A stretch of 64,000 nucleotides of DNA from Eledone cirrhosa (GCA_964016885.1 OZ024748.1:13950001-14014000), one strand, 5' to 3'. Positions 25,469 through 40,907 are shown, counted from the first letter of the stretch. A program made the numbers and translations. Notes: a model not told the origin generated them from the sequence alone.

Positions 25469-25705
25469 ATTATATACATTATGACGCTATAATATACTCA
25501 AATATTATACTAGGCGTCCCGAGCTCTCAACAATGGCGGCAATAATAGTGAATGCATTTAATATTTTTAGTTCCGGATTAAAAAGCCGCATATGCCCGGA
25601 TTACCAGATATATGCATAAGCATACACACTGCGAAATTCCGTTTTGATAAACTAATTATTTGCATTGGAGAAACTCTATAGTTTATGTTTATTATTGATA
25701 CAAGA

Positions 25706-25897
25706 GCGGTGGATTGATAGAATCAGTAGAGGGTCGGACGCCATGCTTTGCAACATAGAGTTACGGCCCTTTATGATCTGAGTTCAAATCCCGCTGAGGT
25801 TAACTTTGCCTTTCATCCTTACGGGTTCGATAACATAAAGTGCCAGTAATACACTGGGGTGTTTGCTGGCCTTGTGCCAAAAGTAGAAACAATTATT
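25706..25897 (+). mobile_element. Nin/Deu-domain SINE with TSD
   Basis: Consensus match. Flanks ATTATTGATACAAGAGC / ATTATTAACACAAGAGC. Confidence 0.9.
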
Positions 25898-26666
25898 AAC
25901 ACAAGAGCCTTTTCAATACGTCTAAATATATACCGATATATTTGAGAGATTTGGGTGCCATTACTAGCATCTCACGAGGGCACACAGAGGTTTCATATGT
26001 TGGCTTCAAGAATGTTTAGACAACAATAAAAAAAAAAAGAGAATTGAGATTTTGATATAATGTGATACTTATGGTCTTCTGTAGCGAAGATAAAAGATGT
26101 AAACGAAAGTTGTTTGATTACGGCCGGAAGTGTTCGGTTTACTGTTCTGCTTACGTTTCTGTGTCAACGTCACTTAGCGCTGAGTTAAACTATTGAACTA
26201 TTGATTGTCTCGTTCATCATAGAATCTAATATCAATGCGGGGCCCTATTTATCAGGATATTGATCATGTATTATCTTTTCTACTTCAAACAATCTCCTTT
26301 TTCCTGCAGATATTTAACACTACATCTTGTACAATTTTGTCACTGAATACAATACAACAACAATCTAAATGATTTATAGTGTTAAATTCCATTGTTCTAG
26401 GTTCGAAATTCTGCAGCGAGGTCTATGCCAGTGTCGTAAATTGCATCACGGTCACCTGAATATTTTATTAAATTCATTGTATATAGCGGATTAACAGTCG
26501 GTAGACCTTCAGACAAAGGCTTATCTATATGTGTACACTCTAGCTATGAGCTGTTCTTTTCTCAGTTGCAACCCAATTAGCTCATCGCGTAAGTGGTGGC
26601 CGGCGCTCGCCAGAGTCGCTTCGGTGACCTTCATAAATTAATGTTATATATATATATATATATATA

Positions 26667-26737
<71 letters not shown>

Positions 26738-26739
<2 letters not shown>

Positions 26740-27250
26740 TAAAATATGTCTTTAGAATCACTAGATATAATATATACCATTTCCTCTCCCAATTAGTATA
26801 ATTAACCATATAAAAAATCAATTAGACCAAGCTATAAGAATAAAGGCCCCTATGAAGAAATCTCCGACAAATAACCGAAAGCAGCCCCTTCGCGGTGGCT
26901 ACAATAGATTATTTATCTAACATTTCGACAGCATGTAAAAATCGACCAGATATACAGTCAACTAAACACAATTAGGTGTAAAATTGAACTTAGAAGAATT
27001 GCGTGCATACCTAATTACCTCTACCATGGTTCCATCCGTATTTTAAGACATCCGATAACAAGGAATGTCCAGAGCTTCGGAATCATCAGGAGCGAGCTCA
27101 AAATACGACATTTAATTTTCCAAAGTGATCGCGCCAAAAATACATTAAAAAATGGCTAAGAATCGTGACGTGGCAGCGCTCAAGTTAGAAAGGATGTGAT
27201 TAGTCGCTTACGGCGAGTAGGTTTATTGCTAGAAAGCGCAGCCTAATACC
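26738..27250 (-). mobile_element. Copy of the ~655-nt HHR element with degenerate ribozyme
   Basis: Homologous to 51425-51940. Minus strand CTC-CTGATGA-TTCCG...CGGAT-GGAA-CCATGGTA-GAG at about 27019-27093. Confidence 0.8.
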
Positions 27251-27274
27251 ACCAAATTGTATTTCAACCGAACT

Positions 27275-27410
27275 CGAATCTAGCTGTCGAAACAGCCGGA
27301 TCTCAGCCGTCGGTGTCCTGATTCTTTTCCTATTACCCACTCTACTACCCTAAGTATCGAGTACTCTGCTGCGTTATGGTGCACCTGGTTTCTTATCACA
27401 CTTTCTCTGA
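27275..27410 (+). mobile_element. Half-hammerhead family fragment
   Basis: CTAGCTGTCGAAACAGCCGGATCTCAGCCGTCGG plus family tail. Further pieces at 30808-30902, 37512-37660, 37842-37968, 40940-40990. Confidence 0.7.
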
Positions 27411-27848
27411 TATATATATATGGAAAGAGAGAGGGACTGAGTGCTCTATTTACTCATGATATAATCTCCCTGTTTTTTTAGCATTATATATATATATATA
27501 TATTGCTGCACTACTGCTAAAAGTAGAAATCATACTGTATAGCTTAATCAGAGTAAGGACAGCGAATATCCTATTTTTCCAGGGCCTACTAGTCTAGGAC
27601 TGGGTTAGATATTAGGCAGAGTCTCTACCTCCAACGTTGTATATATTTCTATTAAGTAAGTCATTAGGTTTACTCCACACCTTGACCTATGGCATGTCAC
27701 AGTGCCATCTAAATACTCAATCTTTTCTTCTTTGCAAGGCAAGATATACATTTGTGTGTACGTGTGCGTATGTGTATGCAAATGGAATTACGTATGTAAG
27801 CAACCCAATGTGTATGTGTGTGTGTGTGTGTGTATGTGTGTGTGTGTG

Positions 27849-27880
<32 letters not shown>

Positions 27881-27891
27881 GGTGTGTGTGG

Positions 27892-27926
<35 letters not shown>

Positions 27927-28775
27927 TGCGTGTGAGTGTGCGCGCGTGTGTTATTTGAAATTTAAGTAGTAGCCATTTTTTCTTTATTTAAATGGTTGCT
28001 TGATTAGAAAACATTAGAATCTGATCAAATCGTTGTTGCTAATGTTGTTAGTATCGATATGTTTCGTCACTTTCTTCTTCTTCTTTTACTACTACCATTA
28101 CTACTACTAATACTACCACTATTACTACTAATACCACTACTACTACTAATATTACTACTACTATATCCCAGTTTTTCTTTTCACCCTTTTAATACATTAA
28201 TTTTACGTCAGATCTTTTTTTTATTTCCAGAATGTTTTTACCCTTTCTTCTTAACCAATTGAATATCTTCATTTTAGTTAAGCCAAATCAATGGCATGGC
28301 TATTAACAAAAAAACCAGATAACAGCTGTCTACCACCATTTTTCTTCATTTATCATTAACGATTCCCTCCCTCTCTCTCTATAGCCCCTCTCTGTCTTAT
28401 ATACTCTATCACTATCTTATCTTTACATACGCCTCTATATGGCTTTAAATTGCTCTCTGCTTCTGCCTCATTATCTTTCTGTCCCTCCTCCCCCCTCTCT
28501 CTCTGTTTTATTCACTTAAGCACTTTCTTATGTTTACGTACCACTCTCTATCACTTTAAATAACTCTCTTTCTCCCTCTCATTATCTCCCGATTCTCTCT
28601 TATTAATCTACTTTTGTCATATTTTCCTCTGTATGTGTCTATATCCTCTATATATCTTTAAACCCCACTTTCTGACGTGCCTCCCCGTCGCTCTCTCCTT
28701 CCTCTCAGCAACACCCTCCCTTTCTTTCTTTCTCTTCCGCTCTCCATCCCTCTTTCTAACTCTGTCTATATCTCA

Positions 28776-28816
<41 letters not shown>

Positions 28817-28921
28817 ACTGTCTATATCTCACTCTCTCCTTCTCTCTAACTCTTGCTATATCTCACTCTCTCTCCCCCAACTCTTCTTGTATCTCACTCT
28901 CTCTCGATATATATATATATG

Positions 28922-28955
<34 letters not shown>

Positions 28956-28975
28956 TACATATATATACATTTATA

Positions 28976-29072
<97 letters not shown>

Positions 29073-29482
29073 ATTTACTTAATATATTCACTTCTCTATG
29101 TCTTAATATCCCACTGTCTAACAAACTAACTTTCAATCTCCTGTCTCCATCTCACTCTTTCATCCACTCTCTCTTCCCTCCCTCTGTCTCACTCACCGTC
29201 ACAACCCTTTCCTCTCTCTATCTGTACGTTGTTTCACAAAGTTTTCTTGTCCGCATGATCATTACCAAACACTGTTTTAGCAAACTTCGAATTACTTCGA
29301 ATTACTAAATTTCAATCATTACCTTTCCGAAGACTTAAGTTATTTTTTTCATGTCACATTTTAAGAAGTGACAGTCTAACAATACTAAGATAATTAGTGT
29401 GTAACACTTCACATTGGAAATGTCAAATTCTCCATCTAATGACTCTTAATTAAAAGAAACAAAAACATTCTATAAAACAATG

Positions 29483-29520
29483 TATTTATATATATATATA
29501 AACATATATATAAACACATG

Positions 29521-29552
<32 letters not shown>

Positions 29553-30066
29553 TATATAAACACATATATATATATCTATAAACATATATATATATATCTA
29601 TAAACATATATATATATATCTATAAACATATATATATATATATATAAACATATATATATATATATATAAACATATAAATATATATATATAAACATATAAA
29701 TATATATATATAAACATATAAACATATATATATAAACATATATATATATATATAAACATATATATATATATATATATAAACATATATATATATATATATA
29801 AACATATATATATATATATATAAACATATATATATATATATATAAACATATATATATATATATATATAAACATATATATATATATAAACATATATATATA
29901 TATAAACATATATATATATATAAACATATATATATATATATAAACATATATATATATATAAACATATATATATATATATAAACATATATATATATATATA
30001 TAAACATATATATATATATATATAAACATATATATATATATATATAAACATATATATATATATATA

Positions 30067-30141
<75 letters not shown>

Positions 30142-30202
30142 ATATATATATATATATAAACATATATATATAAACATATATATATATATATATATATATA
30201 TA

Positions 30203-30245
<43 letters not shown>

Positions 30246-30282
30246 TTATAAACATATATACATATATATATATATATATATA
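29483..30282. repeat. Compound (TA)nAACA microsatellite
   Basis: Direct reading. Confidence 0.95.
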
Positions 30283-30731
30283 AGTGTGTGCTTGTAGTAC
30301 ATCGATCGCTTGATGTGAAAAAGGAGAGAGGAAAACGGTGTTCGATCTGGTAGGAGAGCTGATGTAGTGTATCATTTATTTATGTTCATACACGGAAAAT
30401 ACCACAGAAGCGCTACCTATGGTTTCAAGATCTAATTACGATCATCTCCCCATATGGGGAAATTGCTAAATCTGCTCATAGGGTCATCATTGGACCATAT
30501 AGAACGCTTTTGTTCGGTATGAACATACATAAATAATATGTATATATATATATATAAATATATATACACATACACAGAGATTGATGTGGAAAGAGGGTGA
30601 GAGTGGGATGGAGAGAGTGAGAGGGACAGAAAGAGGGAGATATATGGGGAGAGGGGGGGGAGGGCGGGAGAGAGAGGGGATAGAGGGAGATAGAGAGGGG
30701 GAGAGATAAGGAGAGAGAGAGGGAGAGAGAG

Positions 30732-30800
<69 letters not shown>

Positions 30801-30903
30801 TATATAGCAAAGAAAGTGTGTTAAGAAACCAGGTGGACCAGCTATATCTGAACGCTGTCGAAACGGCTGGAGATCAGCCGTCGGGGTACTGACTCTTTTC
30901 CTT

Positions 30904-30944
<41 letters not shown>

Positions 30945-31016
30945 GTGTACAAACATGTAGTAGAGTTCATTATTTCCGACGATTCATTCTTCAGTACTAC
31001 TGATACAGAAGAAACA

Positions 31017-31086
<70 letters not shown>

Positions 31087-31734
31087 AACCCGTATACATG
31101 GATGAAATGGGCAAAATATTGCCTTACTGCAGTTACAAGTCAAAAGTGTTTTTTTCTGTTTATTTTTGTTGCGTTTATTTCCTTATTCTGCGATATGCAG
31201 TTAATCATATTGCTTGCAGCTATCACATTACCAATATTTACTATAGGCAGATAACGTTTTCGCTGCTGTTTTTGTTAAAGAGCTTCTGGTATTTATGAGC
31301 TGTTAGGTCATATTTTCTCATAAACACTACCAACTTAGCTGACTATATTGGAAGGCAGCTTAATGCTAAAAACTAGTTACAAGAGGCAGTTGATTTTTCG
31401 TTTCTAACGAGTAGTATTTTCTGGTGGTATATATTCCCCTTTTCTCTTGAAACTCACAATTTTCTTCGACATATATTTTAATATAAAAGTCTGTGAAATG
31501 GCAGAAACGTTAGAATGTAGGATATAATGTTTCATTGTATTCATTCTAGATCTCTGGCCCCTCGGTACGCATACCTCCTAGTAAAGAAACTCATATACAT
31601 ACATAAATACAGTGAGAGAAACAGTGAATTAGACAGATAGACAGACAGACAGACAGACATACAGACAGACAGACACACATACACACAGACAGACAGACTG
31701 ACAGACACTCAGACAGACAGACGGACAGGCGGAC

Positions 31735-31766
<32 letters not shown>

Positions 31767-32149
31767 TGATAGATAGAGAGATAGAGAGATAGAATGAAAT
31801 GTAAAACCATTGTCTCTCTCTACATCATTATAATTAGATTAAGCTAATAAATAGAATCGATGATGTTCAATTTCTGGTGACATAACCACGTAACAACACG
31901 ACACAACCAGGTAACGGTTTAATGAAGTAAGGCCGTAATTAAATAACAATGTAACGAGGTAATGATATATCCACATAACCACATAGCGACGTGACGACGT
32001 TACGACAGTAGCACCCACATAACCACATAATGACGTAACGACGCACCGTCATAAACAAATAATAACTACGTAACGATGTAACGCCATGAACACGCAACGA
32101 CGTAACGATGTAACGACAAACCACATAACGACGCAGCAACGTAACGATA

Positions 32150-32938
32150 TACCGTCATAACCACATAACGACGTAACGATACAACCTTACGACATTACCA
32201 CATAACGGCGTAACGATACAGCCACCTTACGACATTACCACATCACGACGTAACGATCCAACAAGCTTACGACATTACCACATAACGGCGTAACGATACA
32301 ACAACCTTACGACATTACCACATCACGACGTAACGATACAACAACCTTACGACATTACCACATAACGGCTTAACGATACAGCCACCTTACGACATTACCA
32401 CATCACGACGTAACGATACAACCACCTTACGACATTGCCACATACCGACGTAACGATACAACCACCTTACGACATTACCACAGCACGATGTAACGATAGA
32501 ACCACCTTACGACATTGCCACATAACGACGTAACGATGCAACCACCTTACGACATTGCCACATACCGACGTATCGATACAACCACCTTACGACATTACCA
32601 CAGCACGATGTAACGATAGAACCACCTTACGACATTGCCACATAACGACGTAACGATGCAACCACCTTACGACATTACCACATCACGACGTAACGATAGA
32701 ACGACCTTACGCCATTGCCACATCACGACGTAACGATACAACCACCTTACGACATTACCACATCACGACGGAACGATAGAACGACCTTACGCCATTGCCA
32801 CATCACGACGTAACGATACAACCACCTTACGACATTACCACATCACGACGGAACGATAGAACGACCTTACGCCATTGCCACATCACGACGTAACGATACA
32901 ACCACCTTACGACATTACCACATCACGACGTAACGATG
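32150..32938. repeat. 40-bp CpG-rich minisatellite CCACATCACGACGTAACGATACAACCACCTTACGACATTA (~19 copies)
   Basis: Period 40. Degenerate ACGACGTAACGAT precursors at 31880-32150 and 32940-33010. Confidence 0.97.
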
Positions 32939-33738
32939 TAATCTGATAACAACTTCATATAACGACACACCATATAACCACGTAACGATACAATGATATG
33001 ACCACACAACCATACAGTAATGTAACACAACAATGAATTCGAAAATAAATTTTAAAAATTGCCGGACTGCCAACCAATTATTCTTGTTATTATTTTTTTT
33101 TTCTTTAGTATGTTGTACATAATATTTCATCGATTTCACCGATTAGATTGGAAAACATATTAATCGAAGCCTGGAGTTGAAGATAGAAGAAGTATAATAG
33201 ATTAGGTTAATAGTCCGGAAACGAAAATTAGATTATTTCAACAATAACTCATCTTAGAAAGTTTTTCTGTTGTAGTTTTCTTTAACAAATGATTTCATCT
33301 GTTTGTGTTTGCTCGAACACAATTATATTATGGTACAATAATTGCAGCCATTAAAAAGCAGACACATGGGGGGTAGTTCCCACCTTTATTTTATTTATTT
33401 TGTAGCGAAAGTGTTGTGGATTGGTATCATAAATTTGTTCAGGATACTGTTTTACGATCTGATCTCAAATCCCGCTGATCTCCACTTTGTTTTTTATCCT
33501 TTAAGGGTGGAGGGTCAATGAAATAAAATAGCAATCAAGTATCGTGGTAAATTTAAACGAGATTCCCATTCCTTCACAATTGCTGACATTATCCCTAAAT
33601 CAAATCTGATTAAATGAGGAATCGGCAAAATCATGAGATTCTCGGACAAAATATCTAGCACTATTTGTTCTGAACCTTTATATTTTGAGCTCAAATCCAG
33701 ACGAGGGTCAATAGATTTATGTACCTGTTAAGTAATGT

Positions 33739-33860
<122 letters not shown>

Positions 33861-33884
33861 TGTATGTATATATATATTTTATAA

Positions 33885-34165
33885 TGGATTCGAAGTTTGA
33901 AAGCCACGACAATGCCGGTTCGACCGAAAATAATCTAATCGTAAGAAACAGGAGTTGTTTTTTTTCCTTAATTTATGGCCACCATAATATAGCAAGCCAC
34001 ATCAGACACTGAAATAGTTCCTTTATTTTCCTCGGAAGTGAATTAATCTCGACATATCAGGACGTATGAATAAATTAAGTTAAAAAAAAACAACCTCCGT
34101 TTCTTACGATTTACTTGTTTTCCGTCCAAACCTGCTTTGTGGTGGCTTTCACACTTTGAATTCTT
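33885..34165. mobile_element. Degenerate inverted-repeat (MITE-like) element
   Basis: GAAAGCCAC...AATCGTAAGAAACAGGAGTTGTTTTTTT vs AAAAAAACAACCTCCGTTTCTTACGATT...GTGGCTTTC. Confidence 0.5.
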
Positions 34166-34618
34166 TATACCATATACAATACTTCAAGTAAACTATAAAT
34201 TACTTCGATTTACAAATCCAGAAAAATATTTGGAATTGTGACTCAATTAGAAACAATTAACCTGCAGTGTCAAAGCAGATATTACGAGGTTTTGTAGAGC
34301 CAATCGCAATCATAAGACTTCAAGTTTGATCCCAATGAATCTTAGACAATAAAATATTGTTATATATTTCGCCAGTAAACATGGATAACGGAATGTCTGT
34401 GGAAGTTCTCGGTATGGAATGATTGTATCTGTAAGTTAAATGACTATCTTTCTCCCATATCGCGTCACCCTGGTGATACTGTAACTGAATATAACTCAGA
34501 AGTCAAGTTAATCGATGAACTGGGCGTTCATCGTTGAATCCGACGGAGGTTCCCTGATTATGTTGTTGCAAATAGATTTACTTTATAGGAATCATTATAA
34601 TGAAATACATCTTTCTTC

Positions 34619-34677
<59 letters not shown>

Positions 34678-34803
34678 TATGTATATATATATATATATAT
34701 ATGCATATATATATGTATGTTTGTATCTGTATATGATATATACACACGGATATGTATATATATATGCATATATATATATATATGTATATTTGTATCTGTA
34801 TAT

Positions 34804-34837
<34 letters not shown>

Positions 34838-36531
34838 TGTACATATACATATTTATCAGCATGCAATGTTAGTTACTTACTCCTAAATCGTACTTTTGTG
34901 AATTACTGCCAGCTTCCTCCGCGATGACTTGTTCAAACTTATTTCCTTCACTACCAAATGTTGCTCCTCCATTTTGTTTTCTCTCTCCTTTTTTGTTTTC
35001 TTTTTTCAATTTTTTATTATTAAATTATGAATTCTGTTTTCTATATATTATATTATCTCTCGATTTTCCTGTATTATTTTTAATGTTTGATTCAACTATT
35101 ATTGCAGATAGATTATAGTAGTAGCAATGTTGTCTGGAATACAGAGGTGATTCGGTGCAAGCCGTAGTGTTGTTTTTTTTATCATTTCGTCTGTACTGTT
35201 AAAGGAATGGAAAGGTCATTCAAGTCACGATTATTATGATAGACGGTGTTAGCAACTAACACAACAGGATTTTTTTTCACACTATTTCAAGGAACGAGGA
35301 AAAAAATTATAGAACGTTAAAAACATATTTCGCTCTGGCGTTTTATATTATTTATTTATTCATGGCTTCACATCGACCCACAGATTAAATACAGATCATC
35401 CTGTATGATGTAGACATTATTGTTGCTACGGTGATATTTAAAACACAGTTTACCGCTTTCCTGCAGTTCCCTTTGTATGTACTTTCTAATGGTTGTGCGG
35501 TGCATGTCTGGTTTTGTAACTCTCGGTGGAGTCGTAGAGTCACCGAATTGACATACAACGTTCTTGGGCATTTTTAAGCATGCAGAGAGCTGGTACGAAC
35601 ACCATAAAACAATCTATCCCACGTTCTAATGACTGCTATGTCATCGCTTAACTGTAGTATTGTTAAGGTTAATTTTCTTTCGTTGAGGCAAACTACAAGC
35701 ATGCTTTGTGTAAATGACCAGTTGGACAGCACGCCTAGGATTTACACGCTGCAGGGTAGGTAGACCGCAGGCTAATTTCTAAATGACCTAATAGACCCCG
35801 CACTAAAGTGTAAACGGGTATGAAAATCACATACTTAATTATATATGCCCAAGTATATTGTATACTAAAATGGCCGCATTAGATTTTATTGATAGTGTAG
35901 TGAGGGAATGGCAGAGCATGCATTAGTTAAATGCTTGGCAATATTTAAGTACATCTCTATTATTTTAAACATCAAATCTTATATGTTGGTGATAGATTCA
36001 GCTTTTCGTTTATCCAGATTTGATAAAATAAACATCATTAACACAATTTAATGATTAAATTATATATAATCATTGAAGTGCTTCTTGATCGATTTGCCAG
36101 TCTAAAATCAAAGTAATATATTTTTTAATGATACTTAGAAACGGATCATGTTTAAACATTTTGGAAATATAGATAGCTACAATATGGTCGTTGAAAACAT
36201 TAGTTGCTTTGTCTATACGTAAAGATGAATTATACTGCCGAACATCCCTGGACTTTCACCTCGAAACTGGATACCAACTCGGAGTACACCTGAACTTCCA
36301 CCAGGAAATCTTTCGTATCTTTGACATTTTCTTTGCTTCTTGCATTTAAATATTCCACGACTCTCTACCACTTTTCCTCTACTACAATCTTCCTACATCA
36401 TCTATTTCTCACCCGTCTATTTTTCACTCCCACCCTAGTACCATCAATAAGCCCAATCTCAAATCTTTTCTAAGACATTTTTTCCCATTCCATCCCGCCC
36501 GTCGCCTGAATCTATTTTATTTCTCATTCTT

Positions 36532-36567
36532 TCTTCTGATGAAGGACTAGCGTCCGAAACGTTAAGA
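36532..36567 (+). ncRNA. Minimal type I hammerhead with palindromic stem III (Penelope-type)
   Basis: TCTT-CTGATGA-AGGAC-TAGC-GTCC-GAAA-CGTT-AAGA. Confidence 0.75.
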
Positions 36568-36646
36568 CCCTCTTCCTGCTATATCAAGCGTTAACCTAAT
36601 GTATACTGTACCGATTGTGTTGTTATTTCTGTTTACCTTTTACATG

Positions 36647-36721
<75 letters not shown>

Positions 36722-36733
<12 letters not shown>

Positions 36734-37488
36734 GAGAATGTCTGTCTGTTTCTCTAAATCTCGAGAACCACCCAACCGATTATTTTCAAACATTACACAT
36801 GTAATACTTATGTTCGTGTGAGTGTTTTGACCATATTTTAGGATTTAAAGGCTTTTTTGAGGCATAACGGAACAATGATCCAGGCGATTTCTTCAAAATT
36901 TGCATTACTTATGTCGTTTAAAGTGTTTTGAACAAAAAAGATTTTCTCTTTTTTTTTTGCCTCAGGGGCCGCATTAGGCGAAAAACCGATTTTTTAAAGC
37001 ATTTTGGATGCGTTAGGGCCTGTAACTCGAGAAGTACCCAACCGATTTTTTAAAACTTTGCATATGCATTACTTATGTTTCCCAAATTTTCTTGACTGAA
37101 AAAGATTTCAAATGTTTGCACGGGAGCCGCATTGTTTAGCATTTTGGTTGCGTTAGAGCCTGTAACCTTAAAAGTATCCAACTAAATTCCTTCATGCTCT
37201 CCACCACTGCAGTGCCACATGCTTACTGAACAAATACATGTTCGGTTTGTCGAATGCCTTTTTACTTAACCCTATCGCCTTGGCTTTCGTGGGTTGCACA
37301 TTTTACTCTCAGGCACCCAATTAATTTAAACCCCTGGTAATCTACGACGATTTTTTTTTATAAGCACAAAATGTAAACACCATTCCCAGGCCGAGGTATT
37401 CTGTACTTCTCTGTACTGTTTCAGAAAGGAGGGATAAACATGCCAATCTATGTTTAGAATCCCGAGCAACGCCGGGCCATTCTACTAA
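36722..37488 (+). mobile_element. Non-autonomous Helitron-like element
   Basis: 5' TATATAAAA..GTCTGTCTGT start; internal subrepeats (36996-37050, 37135-37180); 3' hairpin CCCGAGCAACGCCGGG (37461-76) followed after 8 nt by CTAA (CTRR end). Confidence 0.7.
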
Positions 37489-37761
37489 TATATATATATG
37501 TATATATATATAACAAAGAAAGTGTGGTAAGAAACTAGGTGGACCATAACGCACCATAGTACACGGTACTTAGGGTAGTAAAGTGGGTAATAAGAAAAGA
37601 GTCCTGGAGTCCCCGACGGCTGAGCTCCGGCCGTTTCGATAGCTAGATCTGACCCAGCAGTGTATACATATATATATATATATATATATATATGTGAGTG
37701 AGTGAGTGAGTGAGTGAGTGAGTGAGTGAGTGAGTGAGTGAGTGAGTGAGTGAGTGAGTGA

Positions 37762-37803
<42 letters not shown>

Positions 37804-37965
37804 ATACACACACAAATATATATATATTTATTTATTTATGTATAACAAAGAGGGTGTCGTAAGATACCAGGTGGACCATAAGGCACCAAAGTACTCAATG
37901 GTGGCTTAGATCGGATCTAGCTGTCGAAACGGCCGGAGCTCAGCCGTCGGGCTCCTAGCGCTTTT

Positions 37966-38046
<81 letters not shown>

Positions 38047-38220
38047 TGTATGTCTTATTTGCGTATATATAAATATATATAAACGAAAACGTTTTCGTTT
38101 ATCGTTTTCGGTGCGCCCGGCCGATTACCTCACTCGATATGCAAATTAGGCTTCTCAGCAGTTAATATGCATAAGGAAAGTATATACTTTCATACGTTCA
38201 ATCATCTAGCAGGAAGGTAT

Positions 38221-38263
38221 ACGTTGCTGACGATAGCTAATAAGCTTGAAACTAGTACAGCGT
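38221..38263 (+). ncRNA. Type I hammerhead with palindromic stem III
   Basis: ACGTTG-CTGACGA-TAGCT-AATA-AGCTT-GAAA-CTAGTA-CAGCGT. Downstream sequence is shared with 22770-22975. Confidence 0.78.
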
Positions 38264-38459
38264 TCCTTTGTCAGTGTTGAACAAATGAGCAACGATGGTT
38301 GCTAGACACTGTACGGCTTAATTAGGGATGTTTGTTTACAAACACACCGAGCATTATAATAAATGTTCAGTGAATCCATACGTACATATATATATATGTG
38401 TGCATGTATATATATATATATACATACTACTGTGGGTCTGTATACATATATGTATGTAC

Positions 38460-38499
<40 letters not shown>

Positions 38500-38895
38500 T
38501 TATATACGCAAATAAGCCCGTTATTCTTCCAATCAGTCCCAAAGCACCCAGATAATACTCTAAACTGAATGCCAGCCTGCACTCATGACTCCTACTAAAG
38601 AAAATGGCTGCCCACAATCCAAGTTCGGCAAATCGAACGCGGACGACCAACCTTCCCAAAGTAAGCATGCCGAACTTTAGGGCAGCAGTCACTAAATGGG
38701 GAAGTTGGGCATTATCTACATTATCGTGCTACAGCTGTCATTGTGAAAATAGCACCACTATGCATTGTACACACATGTTACGTAAAGTACTACCAAGACA
38801 AAATAAATGAAAGGCAGTATGTGATGTATACAAAACACTGCACCAGGGATTGGCTTGGTTCTGAAGTGAAATCGTTCATTAAAACTACTTAGGAT

Positions 38896-39180
38896 AATGG
38901 TAGTAGTAGTAGTAGTAGCGGTGGTAGTAATAGTGGTGGTGGTGGTGGTGGTAATAGTAGTAGTAATGGTGGTGGTAATAGTAGTAATAGTGGTGGTGGT
39001 AATAGTAGTAGTAGAGGTGGTGGTAATAGTAGTAGTGGTGGTGGTAATAGTAGTAATAGTGGTGGTGGTGGTAATAGTAGTAGTAGTAGTGGTGGTGTTA
39101 ATAGTAGTAGTGGTGGTGGGAATAGTAGTAATAGTGGTGGTGGTAATAGTAGTAGTAGTAGTATTACTGGTATTAGTAAT
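38896..39180. repeat. Mixed (GTA/GTG/ATA)n trinucleotide repeat
   Basis: Direct reading. Confidence 0.93.
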
Positions 39181-39965
39181 ACATAATCTTATTCTACTCC
39201 TCCTCCTATTCCTTTTATTCTTCTTCATCTCCCCTTCCTCTTCATTTCTGCTTCTCTTATCGCTGTACACATTTTCACCGTCTTATTTTTCTTTTACACC
39301 TACACCCCCCACCACCACCGCCACCACCACCTTTTTCAGAGTCTTCTACTTTTCCTCCTCCTTTTTTTAATCATCATCATCATCATCATGTTAATAATTG
39401 TGATTCAGCTTTTTTTTTTTAACCTAAGAAATTGCGGATTTTTGTTGATATTATTGATGTTGTTATTGTTGTTGTTGTTATTTTGGAATTATTTCCTCCC
39501 TCCGTCTCCTCCTCATTCCCCCTTTCAATTCGTCGTCTCTCCATAATCACTTGCTGCTGTGTCTTATTATTATGGTTAATGTTGTTGTTGTTGTTGATTG
39601 CTTGTTGGTTGTTTTTTTAATGCTTCAATCTTCAAATAGCCTGGAATATCCACAATACTCAATTGCTTTTGCAAGTGCCATCTACAGAAAATGACAGCAA
39701 AGCAAAAACAAGAAATAGCAGAAGAAAAATAAAAGATATTTGCTGATAAACCATTTCATGGGATGCCAAGTGACAAAAACATAAAAGGCTAAACATATTT
39801 GTCTTCTATTTTTTTTTTCCTGCGAAATAAATTCATTTGGTAACGGCAGCCATGATGTATGAAAGAATTTAATGGTTAAATAATTCTCGAATTAGATTGA
39901 GAAATCGAGTGATTTTAGGTAAGAACAGATTGTAAGGTTTTACAAAAGAAAAACAAAAAAAAAAC

Positions 39966-40015
<50 letters not shown>

Positions 40016-40907
40016 GTACATGCATATATATATATATATATATATGCATATATATATATATGTATATATATATACATATATGCGTGTGTGTATGTACAAA
40101 TATATATGTATATATATATATATATTGTAAATGAGCGTGATATATATTGTAAATAAGCGTGAGAGAGAGAGAGACAGAGGGAGAGAGAGTCAGAGAGAGA
40201 GAAATAGAGAGAGAGAGGGAGAGAGAGAGAGAGGGGAATTGAATATTTTCGTAATTTATAATTCTTGGATTAATGAAGGATTAGCTTTCGAAACATCTAG
40301 ATACATTTAGTGCGACTTTTCACTAATATACTGTCAGTACAATGCGTTCTCCCCCGTTGGTTCTATTATATAAAGGTGATATATTTCGATGTTTATATAG
40401 AAATATCGTGGCTATATTAAAAATGTTGTATGCATACATATTTATATAAGCTTGTACACAACCACAAGCATGCACGCATATATACACACAAACATATATA
40501 CATATATATTGTAAGTTATTCATGGGAAATTGTACGATAAATATATAAATTCTCTACAAATTAGTTGATTACTAATCAGAATATATTACTGCTGTGTGGG
40601 ATTAGGAAGGGCACATCGTAATAGATCGACATTCAAGCGTAGACTCTGTGGTAAAGAGAGTGAAAGCGAGAGCGGAGGGGAGGTATTTATTAGTATATAT
40701 ATATTTAACCCGGGTTCAATCGGGGGTAACAACAGTAAGTAAGGTACTCAATACATAGAAGTGTGTAAGTATTTAATATAGAAATGAGTTCTAATGGACT
40801 AGAACTCTTTGATTCGGCAGAAATCTTCAGGGCTTCCTGATGATTTTTCCCAAATGAAACAGTTCTTATCCTGTACAAGCCATATATATGTATATATAAA
40901 TAAATAA

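Noticed and set aside
32150-32938. 40-bp array as CRISPR
   Set aside because: Contiguous tandem units without unique spacers, no cas genes, eukaryotic context.
35368-35571. 67-aa non-repetitive ORF as host exon
   Set aside because: No recognisable motif or splice context. Cannot be excluded without a homology search.
38758-39370. Poly-Thr / poly-Val ORFs
   Set aside because: Trinucleotide microsatellite with low-complexity flanks and no splice or domain support.
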